From: Bacillales bacterium
GTDB taxonomy: Bacteria > Bacillota > Bacilli > Bacillales > DASSOY01
Reading direction: 5' to 3'
NCBI GenBank assembly: GCA_035700025.1
Contig: DASSOY010000028.1
Coordinates: 3,606 to 67,605, forward strand
DNA length: 64,000 bases
Position numbers and translations under genes: made by a program. The notes under the pieces were generated by a model, which was given only the letters and a program-made list of their open reading frames with translations, was not told where the DNA came from and ran no database searches. This document shows, piece by piece, positions 19,754 through 30,108 of this stretch (positions are counted from its first letter, which is position 1; every line of letters begins with the position of its first letter).

Positions 19754-20698
19754 TCAGGAAGAGCGAAGTCGGTCACGCATTTGGAATCCAAGGTCGATCA
19801 CGCCGACAAGCCTGAAAATCATGCCGGTCGCCACGGACAAAAGAACCAAAAGGATCAACGTGAGCCCTTTCAATCCTTTTGACCACTTCCGCAAATGCAT
19901 GTAAAAGAAAACAAACGAAAGTCCCTGTATAAACATGACGACCTGCAAGACAACAAGCAGATTATAATAAACAATAGACCCAACCGATCCGGCCTCGAAA
20001 CCATGGAAAAATCCTATGATGAGAATGATCAAATAATACCATAAAAAACTTTTCGGAAACTGCCACTCGCGGAAAGGCTTCCACGGCAAAACATGGTCGC
20101 CCAGTCCGATTTTCCTTAAGACGGGGGTCGCGGCCAATTGCGTAATGAGCGCATACGTTGCACCGGCAAACGCGAGAAGAGCAGGAGCCAAGTATCGATA
20201 CAACGCCAACTGCTGTTCAAACATCTCGAGATTCCGTTGCGAACCACCGCCCATCGTGTGCAACAATGATTGCGAATCCCGCATCGCCTGCCGCATCGTC
20301 TCCACCGTTTGATTGATTAAATTCAGGTCCCAAATAACAATGGTCAAAATATAAACGAGAATAACGCCGGCCGTATACGTGAGTGCGCCTCCGAGCAAGA
20401 TGCCGAAAGCGGGACGTTTTTGCCGGTATAAAATCCCTGCCACGGTTCCTCCGCTTGCAAACAACAAGGAAAAAAACAACCCCCAGATGCTGCCGAAGAG
20501 CAGGCCGATCGCCATGCCGCATCCCCATAGCGGAAGCGCCGACCGCGTGCCGTTTCGAATGATGTAAACGATGAACGGCAAAGGTAAAAACCAGACGCTG
20601 ACGATGCTAACGACAGGCACGTACAAGGCAAGAATCAGCAGGATGCCGTACAACGCGGCCGCCATGGCTCCTTCCGTCAATCGATTACTTCGTTTCAC
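19754..20698 (-). CDS. yybS: YybS-family polytopic membrane protein (DUF2232)
   Basis: 314 aa, highly hydrophobic, at the conserved position between rpsR and gdpP. Confidence 0.8.
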   Translation of the reverse strand: MKRSNRLTEGAMAAALYGILLILALYVPVVSIVSVWFLPLPFIVYIIRNGTRSALPLWGCGMAIGLLFGSIWGLFFSLLFASGGTVAGILYRQKRPAFGILLGGALTYTAGVILVYILTIVIWDLNLINQTVETMRQAMRDSQSLLHTMGGGSQRNLEMFEQQLALYRYLAPALLAFAGATYALITQLAATPVLRKIGLGDHVLPWKPFREWQFPKSFLWYYLIILIIGFFHGFEAGSVGSIVYYNLLVVLQVVMFIQGLSFVFFYMHLRKWSKGLKGLTLILLVLLSVATGMIFRLVGVIDLGFQMRDRLRSS

Positions 20699-20768
20699 CT
20701 TTCATTCCAGCCCCTTTCGCCAGCCGGTTGCAATTCCGCAGCTGACACGATCTCCCCTTTGAGTGGTA

Positions 20769-20796
20769 AGAAAAAACAGCAAGACGAACTTGCTGT
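20769..20796 (-). terminator. Terminator after rpsR (A-run and T-run flank the stem on both sides, so potentially bidirectional)
   Basis: ACAGCAAG-ACGAA-CTTGCTGT at 20776-20796, flanked by A7 on the + strand and T5. Confidence 0.75.
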
Positions 20797-20803
20797 TTTT
20801 CCG

Positions 20804-21034
20804 TTAATCTTTTGTATAAGGCAACAGAGCCATTTGACGGGCCCGTTTGATCGCTCTCGTCAACGGTCTTTGATATTTTGCGGAAGTTCCCGTAACGCGA
20901 CGCGGCAAAATCTTCCCACGTTCGGAAATGAAGCGCTTCAGCAAATCTACGTCTTTGTAATCGATGTACTTGATTTTGTTGACCGTAAAATAACATACTT
21001 TACGGCGACGTCCTTTTCTTCCTTGACGCGGCAT
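20804..21034 (-). CDS. rpsR: 30S ribosomal protein S18
   Basis: [46 protein letters not shown]... Confidence 0.96.
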   Translation of the reverse strand: MPRQGRKGRRRKVCYFTVNKIKYIDYKDVDLLKRFISERGKILPRRVTGTSAKYQRPLTRAIKRARQMALLPYTKD

Positions 21035-21052
21035 CGAAATCCCTCCTTAACG

Positions 21053-21520
21053 TTAAAATGGCAAATCGTCATCGGAGATGTCAATCGGTTTGCCGTCATT
21101 GGCAAACGGATCGTCCCCGTAAGGAGTTTGATTTTGATTTTGATTTTGTCGGTTTCCACCGCCGTACGATTCTTCCGGACCTTGCTGAGGACGGCTTCCA
21201 CGCGGTTCCAAAAATTGGACCCGGTCACAAACCACTTCTGTCATAAACACTCGGCGGCCTTCATTATTTTCAAAGCTGCGAGTTTCTATGCGGCCTTCGA
21301 CTCCGGCAAGACTGCCTTTTTTCAAATAATTGGCGACGTTTTCCGCCGGGCGCCGCCACACGACGCAACGGATAAAGTCTGCTTCGCGCTCACCTTGCTG
21401 GTTCGTGAACGGTCGATCGCAGGCCAGCGTGAAAGTCGCGACTGCAACGCCGTTCGGCGTATATCGAAGTTCCGGATCCCTCGTCAATCTTCCGACAAGA
21501 ACGGTACGGTTAATCATCAA
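21053..21520 (-). CDS. ssb: Single-stranded DNA-binding protein
   Basis: [32 protein letters not shown]... OB fold, Gly/Gln/Asn-rich linker, acidic tail DDDLPF. Confidence 0.95.
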   Translation of the reverse strand: MMINRTVLVGRLTRDPELRYTPNGVAVATFTLACDRPFTNQQGEREADFIRCVVWRRPAENVANYLKKGSLAGVEGRIETRSFENNEGRRVFMTEVVCDRVQFLEPRGSRPQQGPEESYGGGNRQNQNQNQTPYGDDPFANDGKPIDISDDDLPF

Positions 21521-21530
21521 AATCTCCTCC

Positions 21531-21836
21531 CTATTCTTCTACACTCTCTTCGCGTTCGTCGCGAATCGTCATGAAACGAATGATGTCATCGTTGATTTTC
21601 GCAATGCGGTCAAATTCATTGATCGCTTCCGGGGACGCTGTCGTATAAACCACCCGGTACACGCCTTCGCGATAATCATCAATTTCATAGGCGAGACGGC
21701 GTTTGCCCATCTCTTCGACTTTGTTGATTTCCGCACCATTGTCGGTCAAGATTTTGTCAAAACGTTCAGCAACGCTTTTCTGACCTTCTTCTTCAAGATC
21801 CGGACGGACGATGTACATGATTTCGTACTTATTCAT
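21531..21836 (-). CDS. rpsF: 30S ribosomal protein S6
   Basis: Start set at ATG 21836 ([17 protein letters not shown]). The track start is a GTG inside the GGAGGTG RBS. Confidence 0.95.
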   Translation of the reverse strand: MNKYEIMYIVRPDLEEEGQKSVAERFDKILTDNGAEINKVEEMGKRRLAYEIDDYREGVYRVVYTTASPEAINEFDRIAKINDDIIRFMTIRDEREESVEE

Positions 21837-21974
21837 ATCTTTCACCTCCCTTTGGACTGTACGGCCTCCCGTGCGTTCCGGGAAGCAAGGAGTGCTGTCG
21901 TTTATAGCACCTTAGATGCGAACATGTCACTCGCACAATTAAGTATTATAGCAAAACTTGCCCTTGTATGGCAA
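21837..21974 (-). promoter_or_regulatory. rpsF-ssb-rpsR promoter and ~100-nt structured leader; the ychF terminator overlaps the -35
   Basis: Minus strand: TTGCCA (21974-21969), 18 nt, TATAAT (21950-21945). Hairpin CTTGCC-ATACAAG-GGCAAG + TTTT at 21975-21957. Leader hairpin AAGGTGCT...AGCACTCCTT. Confidence 0.5.
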
Positions 21975-21985
21975 GCGATTCCCGC

Positions 21986-23086
21986 TTAAACGTTGAAACG
22001 GAAGTGAATGACGTCTCCGTCTTGAACAACATAATCTTTCCCTTCAAGCCGCAATTTTCCTTCTTCCCGGACCGCAGCCATCGAGCCTGCCGCCACTAAA
22101 TCATCGTAGGAAACAACCTCGGCGCGTATAAAGCCCCGCTCAAAATCACTATGGATGATGCCCGCCGTTTGCGGCGCCTTCATCCCTTTCCGGAACGTCC
22201 ACGCCCGAACTTCCGGTTCGCCTGCTGTGAAATACGTCGCCAAGCCGAGCAAATCATACGAAGCGCGAATCAACTGATCCAATCCGGACTCGGCAATGCC
22301 GAGGTCTTGCAAAAACGCCTCTTTCTCTTCGCCTTCAAGCTCGGCGATTTCGGACTCGATTTTCGCTGAAATAACGACGACCTCTGCCCCTTCTTGCGCA
22401 GCGTATTCACGAACCTTTTGCACGTTCGGATTCGCATCGGTTGCGGCGACTTCGTCCTCGGCGACATTTGCAACATACAATACCGGTTTCATCGTCAACA
22501 AATGCAAGTGATGAACCGCTTTTCGCTCTTCTTTCGAAAAAGACACGCTGCGCGCCGGCCGATTGTCCTCAAAAGCGTCTTTCAGCTTTTTCAACACTTC
22601 GAATTCCGCTAAGGCTTCCTTATCTTTTTGACGAGCTAGTTTTTCCGCTTTCGCGTAACGCTTGTCCACGGTTTCCATGTCCGCCAGAATCAATTCGAGA
22701 TTGATCGTCTCAATGTCGTCAATCGGATCGATCTTGCCTGATACGTGCGTCACATCGCTGTCCTCGAAACAACGAACCACGTGCGCGATCGCATCGACTT
22801 CACGAATATGGGACAAAAATTGGTTGCCGAGTCCTTCCCCTTTGCTTGCACCTTTGACGATCCCGGCGATGTCGGTAAATTCGAAGGCCGTCGGCATCGT
22901 TTTCTTCGGTTGGAACATTTCCGTCAACGTTTGCAACCGTTCATCCGGCACGTCTACAATCCCGACGTTTGGATCTATCGTGCAGAACGGATAATTCGCG
23001 GACTCCGCTCCCGCCTGCGTGATTGCGTTAAACAACGTCGATTTGCCAACGTTCGGCAAACCGACGATTCCTGCAGTCAATGCCAT
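21986..23086 (-). CDS. ychF: Ribosome-binding ATPase YchF (Obg-like GTPase family)
   Basis: [23 protein letters not shown]..., 366 aa, with a TGS-like C-terminus. Confidence 0.95.
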   Translation of the reverse strand: MALTAGIVGLPNVGKSTLFNAITQAGAESANYPFCTIDPNVGIVDVPDERLQTLTEMFQPKKTMPTAFEFTDIAGIVKGASKGEGLGNQFLSHIREVDAIAHVVRCFEDSDVTHVSGKIDPIDDIETINLELILADMETVDKRYAKAEKLARQKDKEALAEFEVLKKLKDAFEDNRPARSVSFSKEERKAVHHLHLLTMKPVLYVANVAEDEVAATDANPNVQKVREYAAQEGAEVVVISAKIESEIAELEGEEKEAFLQDLGIAESGLDQLIRASYDLLGLATYFTAGEPEVRAWTFRKGMKAPQTAGIIHSDFERGFIRAEVVSYDDLVAAGSMAAVREEGKLRLEGKDYVVQDGDVIHFRFNV

Positions 23087-23093
23087 TTCAATT

Positions 23094-23297
23094 TCAATCC
23101 TTCCCTTTTTCTAACACTTTTTTCAATTTTTGCTCGAATCTTTTGCGCGGAAGCAAAACACTGTGCCCGCATCCTTCGCATTTAATCCGGATGTCGGCTC
23201 CCATGCGAATGACTTTCCAGCGGTTTTCTCCGCACGGATGGGCTTTTTTCATCTCGACGATATCATTCAATTCAAACGTTTTGTCCACCATCGGCAC
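23094..23297 (-). CDS. DUF951-family small protein (zinc-ribbon-like CxxC pairs)
   Basis: 67 aa: ...KKAHPCGENRWKVIRMGADIRIKCEGCGHSVLLPR... Conserved neighbour of ychF in Bacilli. Confidence 0.8.
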   Translation of the reverse strand: MPMVDKTFELNDIVEMKKAHPCGENRWKVIRMGADIRIKCEGCGHSVLLPRKRFEQKLKKVLEKGKD

Positions 23298-23303
23298 CCG
23301 TCC

Positions 23304-24200
23304 TTATCTATTTTTGATCTCTTGTTCAATCTTGTCCATGTCATCGCGTTTATACGTGACAATCCGCGGATACGGAATTTCAATGCCTTCTTTGTCAAAA
23401 CGGTCTTTGATCGCTTTGCGCATTTCTCTTGCGACGCGCCAATGTTCCATCGGCAATACTTCTGAAATAATGCGAATGACCACGTCGGACGAGCCAAGCA
23501 TTTGCACGCCCAAAATTTCCGGCGGCCGCACCATTTCCGGATGTTGCGAGGTCATCTCGCCGATAACGTGTTCAATGACGCTTTCGGCTGTCGAAATATC
23601 TTCTTCGTACGCAATGCTGATATCGACAACAGCAACGCTGTTGTTAATCGAAAAGTTCGTTACCTCGTTAATCGAGGAGTTCGGAAGAATATGAACCTCT
23701 CCCGTCCAACTCGTGATTTTCGTCGTTCTTAAACCGACTTCTTCAACGTAGCCTTCGAAAGCCCCGATTCTTACATAGTCACCGACCGAAAATTGATCTT
23801 CAAAGATGATGAAAAACCCCGTAATAATATCTTTTACAAGATTTTGCGCTCCGAAACCGATGGCGAGTCCGGCAATGCCCGCACCGGCGATCAACCCTTT
23901 GACATCGACGGAAAGCTCAACGAGGATCATTACAAGCGAAACAAAATAAACGACATACGTGAACATGTTGAGAATCAGTTTTTCAAGCGTCGTTTCCCGC
24001 TTTTCCGACAATCGCAGCCGGCTGTATTTTCGGCCGTGAAACAGCTTTCTCAGCACCGTTCTCCCGATCTTGACGGCGATCACGGTTCCGATGATGATAA
24101 ATACGATTGTTACGATATGACCGGCAAACCGCTGCCACATCTCTGAATCCGTCACATAGTGTACGATTCCTTCCCACATGTCGTTGAAGACACTCATCAC
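23304..24200 (-). CDS. MscS-family mechanosensitive ion channel
   Basis: 298 aa. 3 N-terminal TMs, then the conserved pore/beta-domain region (GIAGLAIGFGAQNLVKDIITGFFIIFEDQFSVGDYV). Confidence 0.85.
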   Translation of the reverse strand: MMSVFNDMWEGIVHYVTDSEMWQRFAGHIVTIVFIIIGTVIAVKIGRTVLRKLFHGRKYSRLRLSEKRETTLEKLILNMFTYVVYFVSLVMILVELSVDVKGLIAGAGIAGLAIGFGAQNLVKDIITGFFIIFEDQFSVGDYVRIGAFEGYVEEVGLRTTKITSWTGEVHILPNSSINEVTNFSINNSVAVVDISIAYEEDISTAESVIEHVIGEMTSQHPEMVRPPEILGVQMLGSSDVVIRIISEVLPMEHWRVAREMRKAIKDRFDKEGIEIPYPRIVTYKRDDMDKIEQEIKNR

Positions 24201-24257
24201 GCTGCTCCTTTATGTAATGAAAGATTGATCCCCTTATATCTTACCTGCGTCGGCATC

Positions 24258-25280
24258 CTATGACAACCGATATCTTTTGACGAGCGGATAAATGAGAATC
24301 GAAGCAAGCACGTAAAGATTCAAAACCCCGTAAATCGGGTATAAAACAGCAATCAAGTTGGCAAACCCGAATTTCGTTAAAGGTACCATCATAACCACGA
24401 TGACAAACGCAAACAGCCACATCGGCCAGTCGATTACATCGCTCATGCGGGAAATAAGACCGAACACACCCGAGACGGCCGTCGTGTAAATAGCGCTCCA
24501 TAACAACGCGGACATGAGAACGATCATAGAATAAGGATAATGTTTGAGAATCGCAAACAACGGAATTTCATAAAGCACCATGACGTCGTTGCCGACTTTT
24601 ACCAGCGACTCGTTGTACAACAGCGAGATCGCGCCGAGGAGAATTCCGCTGCCAATGCTGGCAATCCAAATTTCGCCCTTCTGTTTAATTTGAGAGCCGA
24701 TGCCCGCCAACACCGCGAGCAGCCCGAGAATGTTGAAGGCTGTGAACGTTAATGCCGCCGGCCATTTTTCGCTCATGTTCCAAGACAAGGTTGTACGATT
24801 CGGTCCTGAAAAAAAGAACGTGCCCAGCACGATCACGAGCAACGTAACGAGAACCGGAATAAGAACCATATTCATCGACAACATGCCGCGAATATCCCAT
24901 AAAAACAAACCAACGACAAGCATGCTGATGATCAGGATGCCGATCCAATAAGGAACGTTCAGCATTTCCAATGACGCGCCGCCGCCGGCAAGCATGATGA
25001 CGGTGGTGCTGAATAAATAGACGACGATCATCGCGTCATACATGCTTGTCAACTTTTTTCCCAATAAAATACGTAAAATTGGGATATAATGAACGCTTTT
25101 CTGTTCATAACTGATCGTCATGATGACGAACACGCAAATGCTGAACAATAAAGCGAACAAAGGGATTGCCAACAAGCTGTCTGGTCCGAAAAACTGCCAG
25201 ATTTCGCGGCCCGAAGCATAACCGGCCCCTATCGTCGTACCCATGATCAAAAACAACCATTTGATTCCCGATCGGAACAT
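24258..25280 (-). CDS. YkvI-family polytopic membrane protein (putative transporter)
   Basis: Start at ATG 25280 (MFRSGIKWLFLIMGTTIGAGYASGREIWQFFG) after GGAGGGG. About 10 or more TMs. Confidence 0.7.
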   Translation of the reverse strand: MFRSGIKWLFLIMGTTIGAGYASGREIWQFFGPDSLLAIPLFALLFSICVFVIMTISYEQKSVHYIPILRILLGKKLTSMYDAMIVVYLFSTTVIMLAGGGASLEMLNVPYWIGILIISMLVVGLFLWDIRGMLSMNMVLIPVLVTLLVIVLGTFFFSGPNRTTLSWNMSEKWPAALTFTAFNILGLLAVLAGIGSQIKQKGEIWIASIGSGILLGAISLLYNESLVKVGNDVMVLYEIPLFAILKHYPYSMIVLMSALLWSAIYTTAVSGVFGLISRMSDVIDWPMWLFAFVIVVMMVPLTKFGFANLIAVLYPIYGVLNLYVLASILIYPLVKRYRLS

Positions 25281-25357
25281 GTTCTTCCCCTCCATGAACG
25301 TATAAAGCCGGATAGGTTTCCGTATACTGTTACTATTATTACGAAGGAGAAGAACCT

Positions 25358-25957
25358 ATGAATCTGAGACAGAAAAAGCCGTTGAAAAAAAACCGCATCA
25401 TCAAGGTGCGGCACGATGATGTTCAAGGCGTCAAAAAATTAACAGCGGCGGTGGCATCCGTTTTGCCGAACGACGAAACTAGAAAATTGGTCATCGTGTG
25501 CATCGGTACCGACCGGTCGACCGGTGATGCTCTCGGTCCGATTGCGGGTTCAAAATTGGCACGACTGCACGGTCCGCGTCTTGCCGTTCATGGCACGCTC
25601 GATTCACCGGTTCATGCAATAAATTTGGAAACGACGTTGGAAGAAATCCAACAGTCTTACAAAGATCCTTTTATCATCGGTATTGATGCGTCTCTTGGCA
25701 AGCAACAAAGCGTAGGCATGATCTCTTTTGCAGACGGTCCGGTAAAACCGGGAGCTGGTGTAAAAAAACAACTCCCGCCTGTGGGAGATGCCCACCTGAC
25801 GGGAATCGTCAATATTTGCGGGTATATGGAATATTTCGTCTTGCAAAACACAAGGTTGAATCTCGTCATGAGCATGGCGGAAACGATCGCTGACAGCGTA
25901 TATGCCGCATACAGGCGCCAATCTTCGCCTTTTTCCCTCAAAACGACTTACAAATAA
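25358..25957 (+). CDS. yyaC: Spore protease YyaC family
   Basis: 199 aa; ...LVIVCIGTDRSTGDALGPIAGSKL... is typical of YyaC/GPR-like proteases. Conserved position near parB. Confidence 0.85.
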   Translation: MNLRQKKPLKKNRIIKVRHDDVQGVKKLTAAVASVLPNDETRKLVIVCIGTDRSTGDALGPIAGSKLARLHGPRLAVHGTLDSPVHAINLETTLEEIQQSYKDPFIIGIDASLGKQQSVGMISFADGPVKPGAGVKKQLPPVGDAHLTGIVNICGYMEYFVLQNTRLNLVMSMAETIADSVYAAYRRQSSPFSLKTTYK

Positions 25958-26706
25958 TAAACTCCGGCGGTCATCGCCGCCGCTGCCGCCAGCCCAGGCA
26001 ATAAATTCGCCGTGCGAATGTTCGTAACGCCGAGCAAGTTCAGACCGATCGCAAGAATCATGATGCCTCCGGTTGATGTAATTGCGTTAATTAAATCTGC
26101 CAATAAAGCGGAAGCGAGAAAATGGTTGATTTGCGTAGCAAAAAGTGCGGTCGCACCCTCGTATAGGAAAACGGGAATGGCTGAAAACACAACGCCAATT
26201 CCGAGCGTTGACGTGAACAACAAAGAACAAAAACCGTCCAGCAGGGCTTTCGTGAAAAGCACCGTATGATCGTGGCGCAACCCGCTGTCCAGAGCACCGA
26301 CGATCGCCAACGCCCCGATCGTGAACACGAGCGTTGCTGTTACAAACGCTTTCGCAATATCACCGTGCCCCTCACCGACTTTTCTTTCCAACCAAGCACC
26401 GGCTTGATTCAATTTTTTCTCCAAATTGATCATTTCTCCGACGGCCCCGCCGAGTGCAAGACTTCCGATGACAATTAAAAACCGTTCCCCTTCAAGGGCC
26501 ATTTGAATGCCTAAAATAATGACCGCCAACGCCATCGCCTTCATAACGGTATCTTTGATGTTTTCCGGCACCTTCATTAGAAATGAGCCGATGATCGTTC
26601 CCGCGACAATGGCTGCCGCGTTTACAATCGTGCCTAACAAAATCACTATGCTTGTACACCCCGCTGCAAAAATTGGCATGATCGAATGGGCGATCATACC
26701 GGTCAT
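25948..26706 (-). CDS. DUF554-family membrane protein
   Basis: LLGTIVNAAAIVAGTIIGSFL is the typical DUF554 N-terminus. The start is either ATG 26706 (ATGA overlap with the parB stop) or GTG 26646 (MILLGTIVN, after GGGGTG). Confidence 0.75.
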   Translation of the reverse strand: MTGMIAHSIMPIFAAGCTSIVILLGTIVNAAAIVAGTIIGSFLMKVPENIKDTVMKAMALAVIILGIQMALEGERFLIVIGSLALGGAVGEMINLEKKLNQAGAWLERKVGEGHGDIAKAFVTATLVFTIGALAIVGALDSGLRHDHTVLFTKALLDGFCSLLFTSTLGIGVVFSAIPVFLYEGATALFATQINHFLASALLADLINAITSTGGIMILAIGLNLLGVTNIRTANLLPGLAAAAAMTAGVYYL

Positions 26707-27560
26707 TCGTCTTCTGCAAATGCCCCCATTAAATCGAGCAACCGTTCCAAATCTTCGTCAGAGTAAAACTCAATTTCAATTTTTCCTTTTCGTTTTGATT
26801 TTTTAATTTCTACAGAAGTTCCGAACCGTTCCCGCAACACGGATTCTTTTTCGCGAATGAAGACGCTCTTTCTTTCGCTCTTTTTCTTCGATGTTCCACG
26901 TGGAACATTGGCATTCATTTGTTGAATAAGCTGTTCCAATTGCCTCACGTTCATCCGCTCATCTATGACTCGCTTAGCAAGATCGCTAACCTTTTGTTTA
27001 TCTTTCAAACCGAGCAGCGTGCGTCCGTGACCCATTGAAAGTTCCTGTTCGGCGATCATTTGTTGTACTTTTCCCGGCAAATGCAGCAGTCTCAAATGAT
27101 TGGCAATATAGGGCCTGCTTTTTCCGAGTCGTTTCGCCAGTTCTTCCTGAGTGATGTCCAGTCCTTCCATGAGTTTCTCGTAAGCTTGTGCTTCTTCAAC
27201 CGGATTTAAATCTTCACGCTGCAAATTTTCAATGAGCGCCAATTCCATCATTTTTTGTTCGTTAAAATCTTTAATGACGGCAGGGATCGCCGTCAATCCC
27301 GCTTCTTTCGACGCGCGAAATCTTCTCTCACCGACGACGATTTCATATCCTTTGATCGTTCGGCGAACGACAATCGGTTGCAAGACGCCGTGCGTTTCAA
27401 TGGACTCTTTTAATTCACGAATCGCTTCCGGGTTGAATTCTTTCCGTGGTTGATACGGATTCGGTCTTAATTCCTCCAATTTGATTTCCGAAATATTTTC
27501 TTCTTTCGCATCGATCGGAGGAAAGAAAGCATCGAGCCCCTTGCCTAATCCTTTAGCCAT
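26703..27560 (-). CDS. parB: Chromosome partitioning protein ParB (Spo0J)
   Basis: Start at ATG 27560 ([14 protein letters not shown]), overlapping the soj end by 8 nt. ParB box GERRFRA and an HTH. Confidence 0.95.
   Translation of the reverse strand: MAKGLGKGLDAFFPPIDAKEENISEIKLEELRPNPYQPRKEFNPEAIRELKESIETHGVLQPIVVRRTIKGYEIVVGERRFRASKEAGLTAIPAVIKDFNEQKMMELALIENLQREDLNPVEEAQAYEKLMEGLDITQEELAKRLGKSRPYIANHLRLLHLPGKVQQMIAEQELSMGHGRTLLGLKDKQKVSDLAKRVIDERMNVRQLEQLIQQMNANVPRGTSKKKSERKSVFIREKESVLRERFGTSVEIKKSKRKGKIEIEFYSDEDLERLLDLMGAFAEDE
26892..26907. promoter_or_regulatory. parS site inside the parB coding region
   Basis: TGTTCCACGTGGAACA: a perfect 16-bp palindrome, one mismatch from the B. subtilis consensus TGTTCCACGTGAAACA. 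Confidence 0.8.
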
Positions 27561-28314
27561 GAGACAACACTTCCTTCGCCAATTCGGAGTAAACTTCCGC
27601 TCCTTTTGATTTTGGATCATACACAACGATCGGCTTACCGTGACTTGGTGCTTCACTTAAACGAACATTTCGCGGAATCACGGTTCGATATACTTTTTCC
27701 TGAAAATATTTCTTTACTTCGTCAATGACTTGAATGCCTAAATTCGTACGAGCGTCTAACATGGTCAACAGTACGCCTTCAATCATGAGACGCTGGTTCA
27801 AATGTTTCTGGACGAGTCGTATCGTATTTAATAATTGGCTTAACCCTTCGAGTGCATAATACTCACACTGAACGGGAATGAGCACCGCATCCGCTGCCGT
27901 CAAGGCGTTGATCGTCAACAATCCGAGCGAGGGCGGACAATCAATCAACATATAATCGTATTGATCTTTCACGTTCTTTAACGCCCGTCCCAACCGTACT
28001 TCACGGGATATCGTCGGTACGAGTTCCAGTTCCGCTCCTGCCAGTTGAATCGTCGCGGGAACAATGGACAAGTTCGGTACGGAAGTTTCGGTGATCACCT
28101 CTTCGACTTTGACGTCTTCGACGAGAACATCATAAATACAACGATCCACATCACCTTTTTCAATGCCTGCTCCGCTCGTGGCATTCCCTTGCGGATCAAT
28201 GTCGACAAGAAGCACTTTCTGACCAAGATTTGCCATGCAGGCACTTAAATTGACGGCAGAGGTCGTTTTTCCGACACCGCCTTTTTGATTGGCAATCGCG
28301 ATGATTTTCCCCAC
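27553..28314 (-). CDS. soj: ParA-family ATPase Soj
   Basis: Start at GTG 28314 ([18 protein letters not shown]) after a GAAGGCAGGTG RBS. Deviant Walker A KGGVGKT. Confidence 0.95.
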   Translation of the reverse strand: MGKIIAIANQKGGVGKTTSAVNLSACMANLGQKVLLVDIDPQGNATSGAGIEKGDVDRCIYDVLVEDVKVEEVITETSVPNLSIVPATIQLAGAELELVPTISREVRLGRALKNVKDQYDYMLIDCPPSLGLLTINALTAADAVLIPVQCEYYALEGLSQLLNTIRLVQKHLNQRLMIEGVLLTMLDARTNLGIQVIDEVKKYFQEKVYRTVIPRNVRLSEAPSHGKPIVVYDPKSKGAEVYSELAKEVLSHG

Positions 28315-28408
28315 ATTGACACCTGCCTTCTGCAAACAATACTCTTATTCTATCATGAAATGTGCCGTAAAAAATCGTTTGTTCGACAACTTTTTTCACT
28401 AGACGCTG

Positions 28409-28437
28409 AAAAAAACCCATCTTGTGCGAAAGATGGG
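28409..28437 (-). terminator. Terminator of noc
   Basis: Minus strand: CCCATCTT-TCGCAC-AAGATGGG followed by TTTTTTT, 6 nt after the noc stop. Confidence 0.75.
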
Positions 28438-28443
28438 CCGCAG

Positions 28444-29277
28444 TTACTTAGATTTTGGAATGCGAATTGTGATTTCAAAACAATGGTCATCTTCCCGTTC
28501 TTCCGTATCGATATTCAAACCGCTGTCCGATACCATGTCAATCGATTGCCGAATCGTATTTAGCGCGAGCCGCGTATCTTTGCTGAAAGCTTTTCGTCGC
28601 GGTTTTTTCTTTTTCGGTTCCTGATTGAGCCGTTCGATTCGTTCTTCCAATTGCTTGACGTTCCACTGCTTGTCGATCACTTCGTGCAAAAGCTTTTCTT
28701 GTTGTTCGTGATTTTTCACGGAAATGAGCGCTCGGGCGTGGCGTTCCGAAATCTCGCGTTCCAACAACGCTTGCTGTACAACACCCGGCAGCTTTAACAA
28801 TCGCAGTTTATTGGCGATCGTCGATTGTCCTTTTCCTAGCCGCTGAGCTAAGCTTTCCTGTGTCAGTCCATGGATATCGATCAATCGGGCATAGGCCATT
28901 GCTTCTTCGATCGAAGTCAGTTCTTCGCGTTGTAAATTTTCGATCAAAGCAACAGAGGCCGTCTTTGAATCATCGTAATCTTTAATGATCGCGGGCACGA
29001 GTTTCCACCCGAGTTTTGTGACTGCCCGCCATCTGCGCTCTCCGGCGATGATCTCATATTTGTCTTCCCATTTCCGCAAAACGATCGGCTGAATCATGCC
29101 ATGGCTTTGTATCGTTTGCGAAAGCTCGTCTATTTTTTCATCATTAAAGACGGTTCGCGGTTGAAACCGGTTTGGAACAATGCGATTGACTGGGATTTCA
29201 TGCACTTGTTCATTTTGATGTTCTTCCGGTTCTTCCCCTTTATCCGTTTTAAATAATTTTGAAATCGGACGTTTCAT
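28444..29277 (-). CDS. noc: Nucleoid occlusion protein Noc (ParB paralogue)
   Basis: Start at ATG 29277 ([10 protein letters not shown]...). ParB-like GERRWRA motif. Position between rsmG and soj. Confidence 0.9.
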   Translation of the reverse strand: MKRPISKLFKTDKGEEPEEHQNEQVHEIPVNRIVPNRFQPRTVFNDEKIDELSQTIQSHGMIQPIVLRKWEDKYEIIAGERRWRAVTKLGWKLVPAIIKDYDDSKTASVALIENLQREELTSIEEAMAYARLIDIHGLTQESLAQRLGKGQSTIANKLRLLKLPGVVQQALLEREISERHARALISVKNHEQQEKLLHEVIDKQWNVKQLEERIERLNQEPKKKKPRRKAFSKDTRLALNTIRQSIDMVSDSGLNIDTEEREDDHCFEITIRIPKSK

Positions 29278-29354
29278 CGGCGCTACACTCCTCACTCTTT
29301 ATCAATTCGCGATCCGGCAAGTTTTTCCTGCCAAAAATGACGACGTTTTCGCAA

Positions 29355-29370
29355 TGTTCCACGTGAAACA
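29355..29370. promoter_or_regulatory. Consensus parS site between rsmG and noc
   Basis: TGTTCCACGTGAAACA: an exact match to the Firmicute parS consensus, 4 nt downstream of the rsmG stop. Confidence 0.9.
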
Positions 29371-29373
29371 TTT

Positions 29374-30084
29374 TCATAACGGTCGTTTGTTCGGCGTTCC
29401 CGGTTTCCGTGGAAAAGCTGCAGGAGTTTCTTTTTCTTTCGCGATTGTAATCACATGACGTTTGCTTTGTTCGCCTGGGAGCGTCAACGCGTCAACCGCT
29501 TCAACACGGCCGCCTAATGTTGCAATTGCTTCCCTTGATTGCTCCAACTCTGCGTTGACCGATGCACCTTTCATGGCTAAAAAATGACCGTCTTTTTTCA
29601 CGAGAGGCAAACAATATTCACACAGTACAGGCAGTTTCGCGACTGCTCTCGCCGTTGCAACGTCAAAAGATTCGCGATAGACGCGGTTTTGACCGAAAAT
29701 TTCGGCACGATCATGATGAATATGTACATTTTCAAGACGAAGTCGATCGACGAGTGTTTGTAAAAAGACCGTTCGTTTCTGCAAAGAATCAACGATGGAA
29801 ACAGACAACTGCGGAAAACAAATTTTCAACGGAATGCTCGGAAATCCGGCACCGGATCCAACATCACAGAGCGAAAGCTTTCGGGTAAAATTATAATAAA
29901 AACTTAATGTCAACGAATCATAAAAATGCTTCATGAAAACGGCATCTCGATCCACAATCGCCGTCAAATTCATTTTTTCATTCCATTCGATCAATGTTTC
30001 ATAATACATTTCAAATTGGTGAAATTGTTGAGGAGAAAGGTTAATGCCTTTCTCCTCCACCTGTTGCTGAAAAGTAAATTCCAT
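29374..30084 (-). CDS. rsmG: 16S rRNA (guanine527-N7)-methyltransferase RsmG (GidB)
   Basis: 236 aa. SAM motif DVGSGAGFP. Conserved mnmG-rsmG pairing. Confidence 0.93.
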   Translation of the reverse strand: MEFTFQQQVEEKGINLSPQQFHQFEMYYETLIEWNEKMNLTAIVDRDAVFMKHFYDSLTLSFYYNFTRKLSLCDVGSGAGFPSIPLKICFPQLSVSIVDSLQKRTVFLQTLVDRLRLENVHIHHDRAEIFGQNRVYRESFDVATARAVAKLPVLCEYCLPLVKKDGHFLAMKGASVNAELEQSREAIATLGGRVEAVDALTLPGEQSKRHVITIAKEKETPAAFPRKPGTPNKRPL

Positions 30085-30108
30085 AGTCGCACCCTTTTAA
30101 TGAATAGA

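Noticed and set aside
28196-28563. Track ORFs 28196..28420 (-) and 28285..28563 (+) in the soj-noc junction
   Set aside because: They overlap the soj N-terminus, the noc terminator or the noc C-terminus, and they have no RBS. The spacer is explained by the noc terminator and the soj promoter region.
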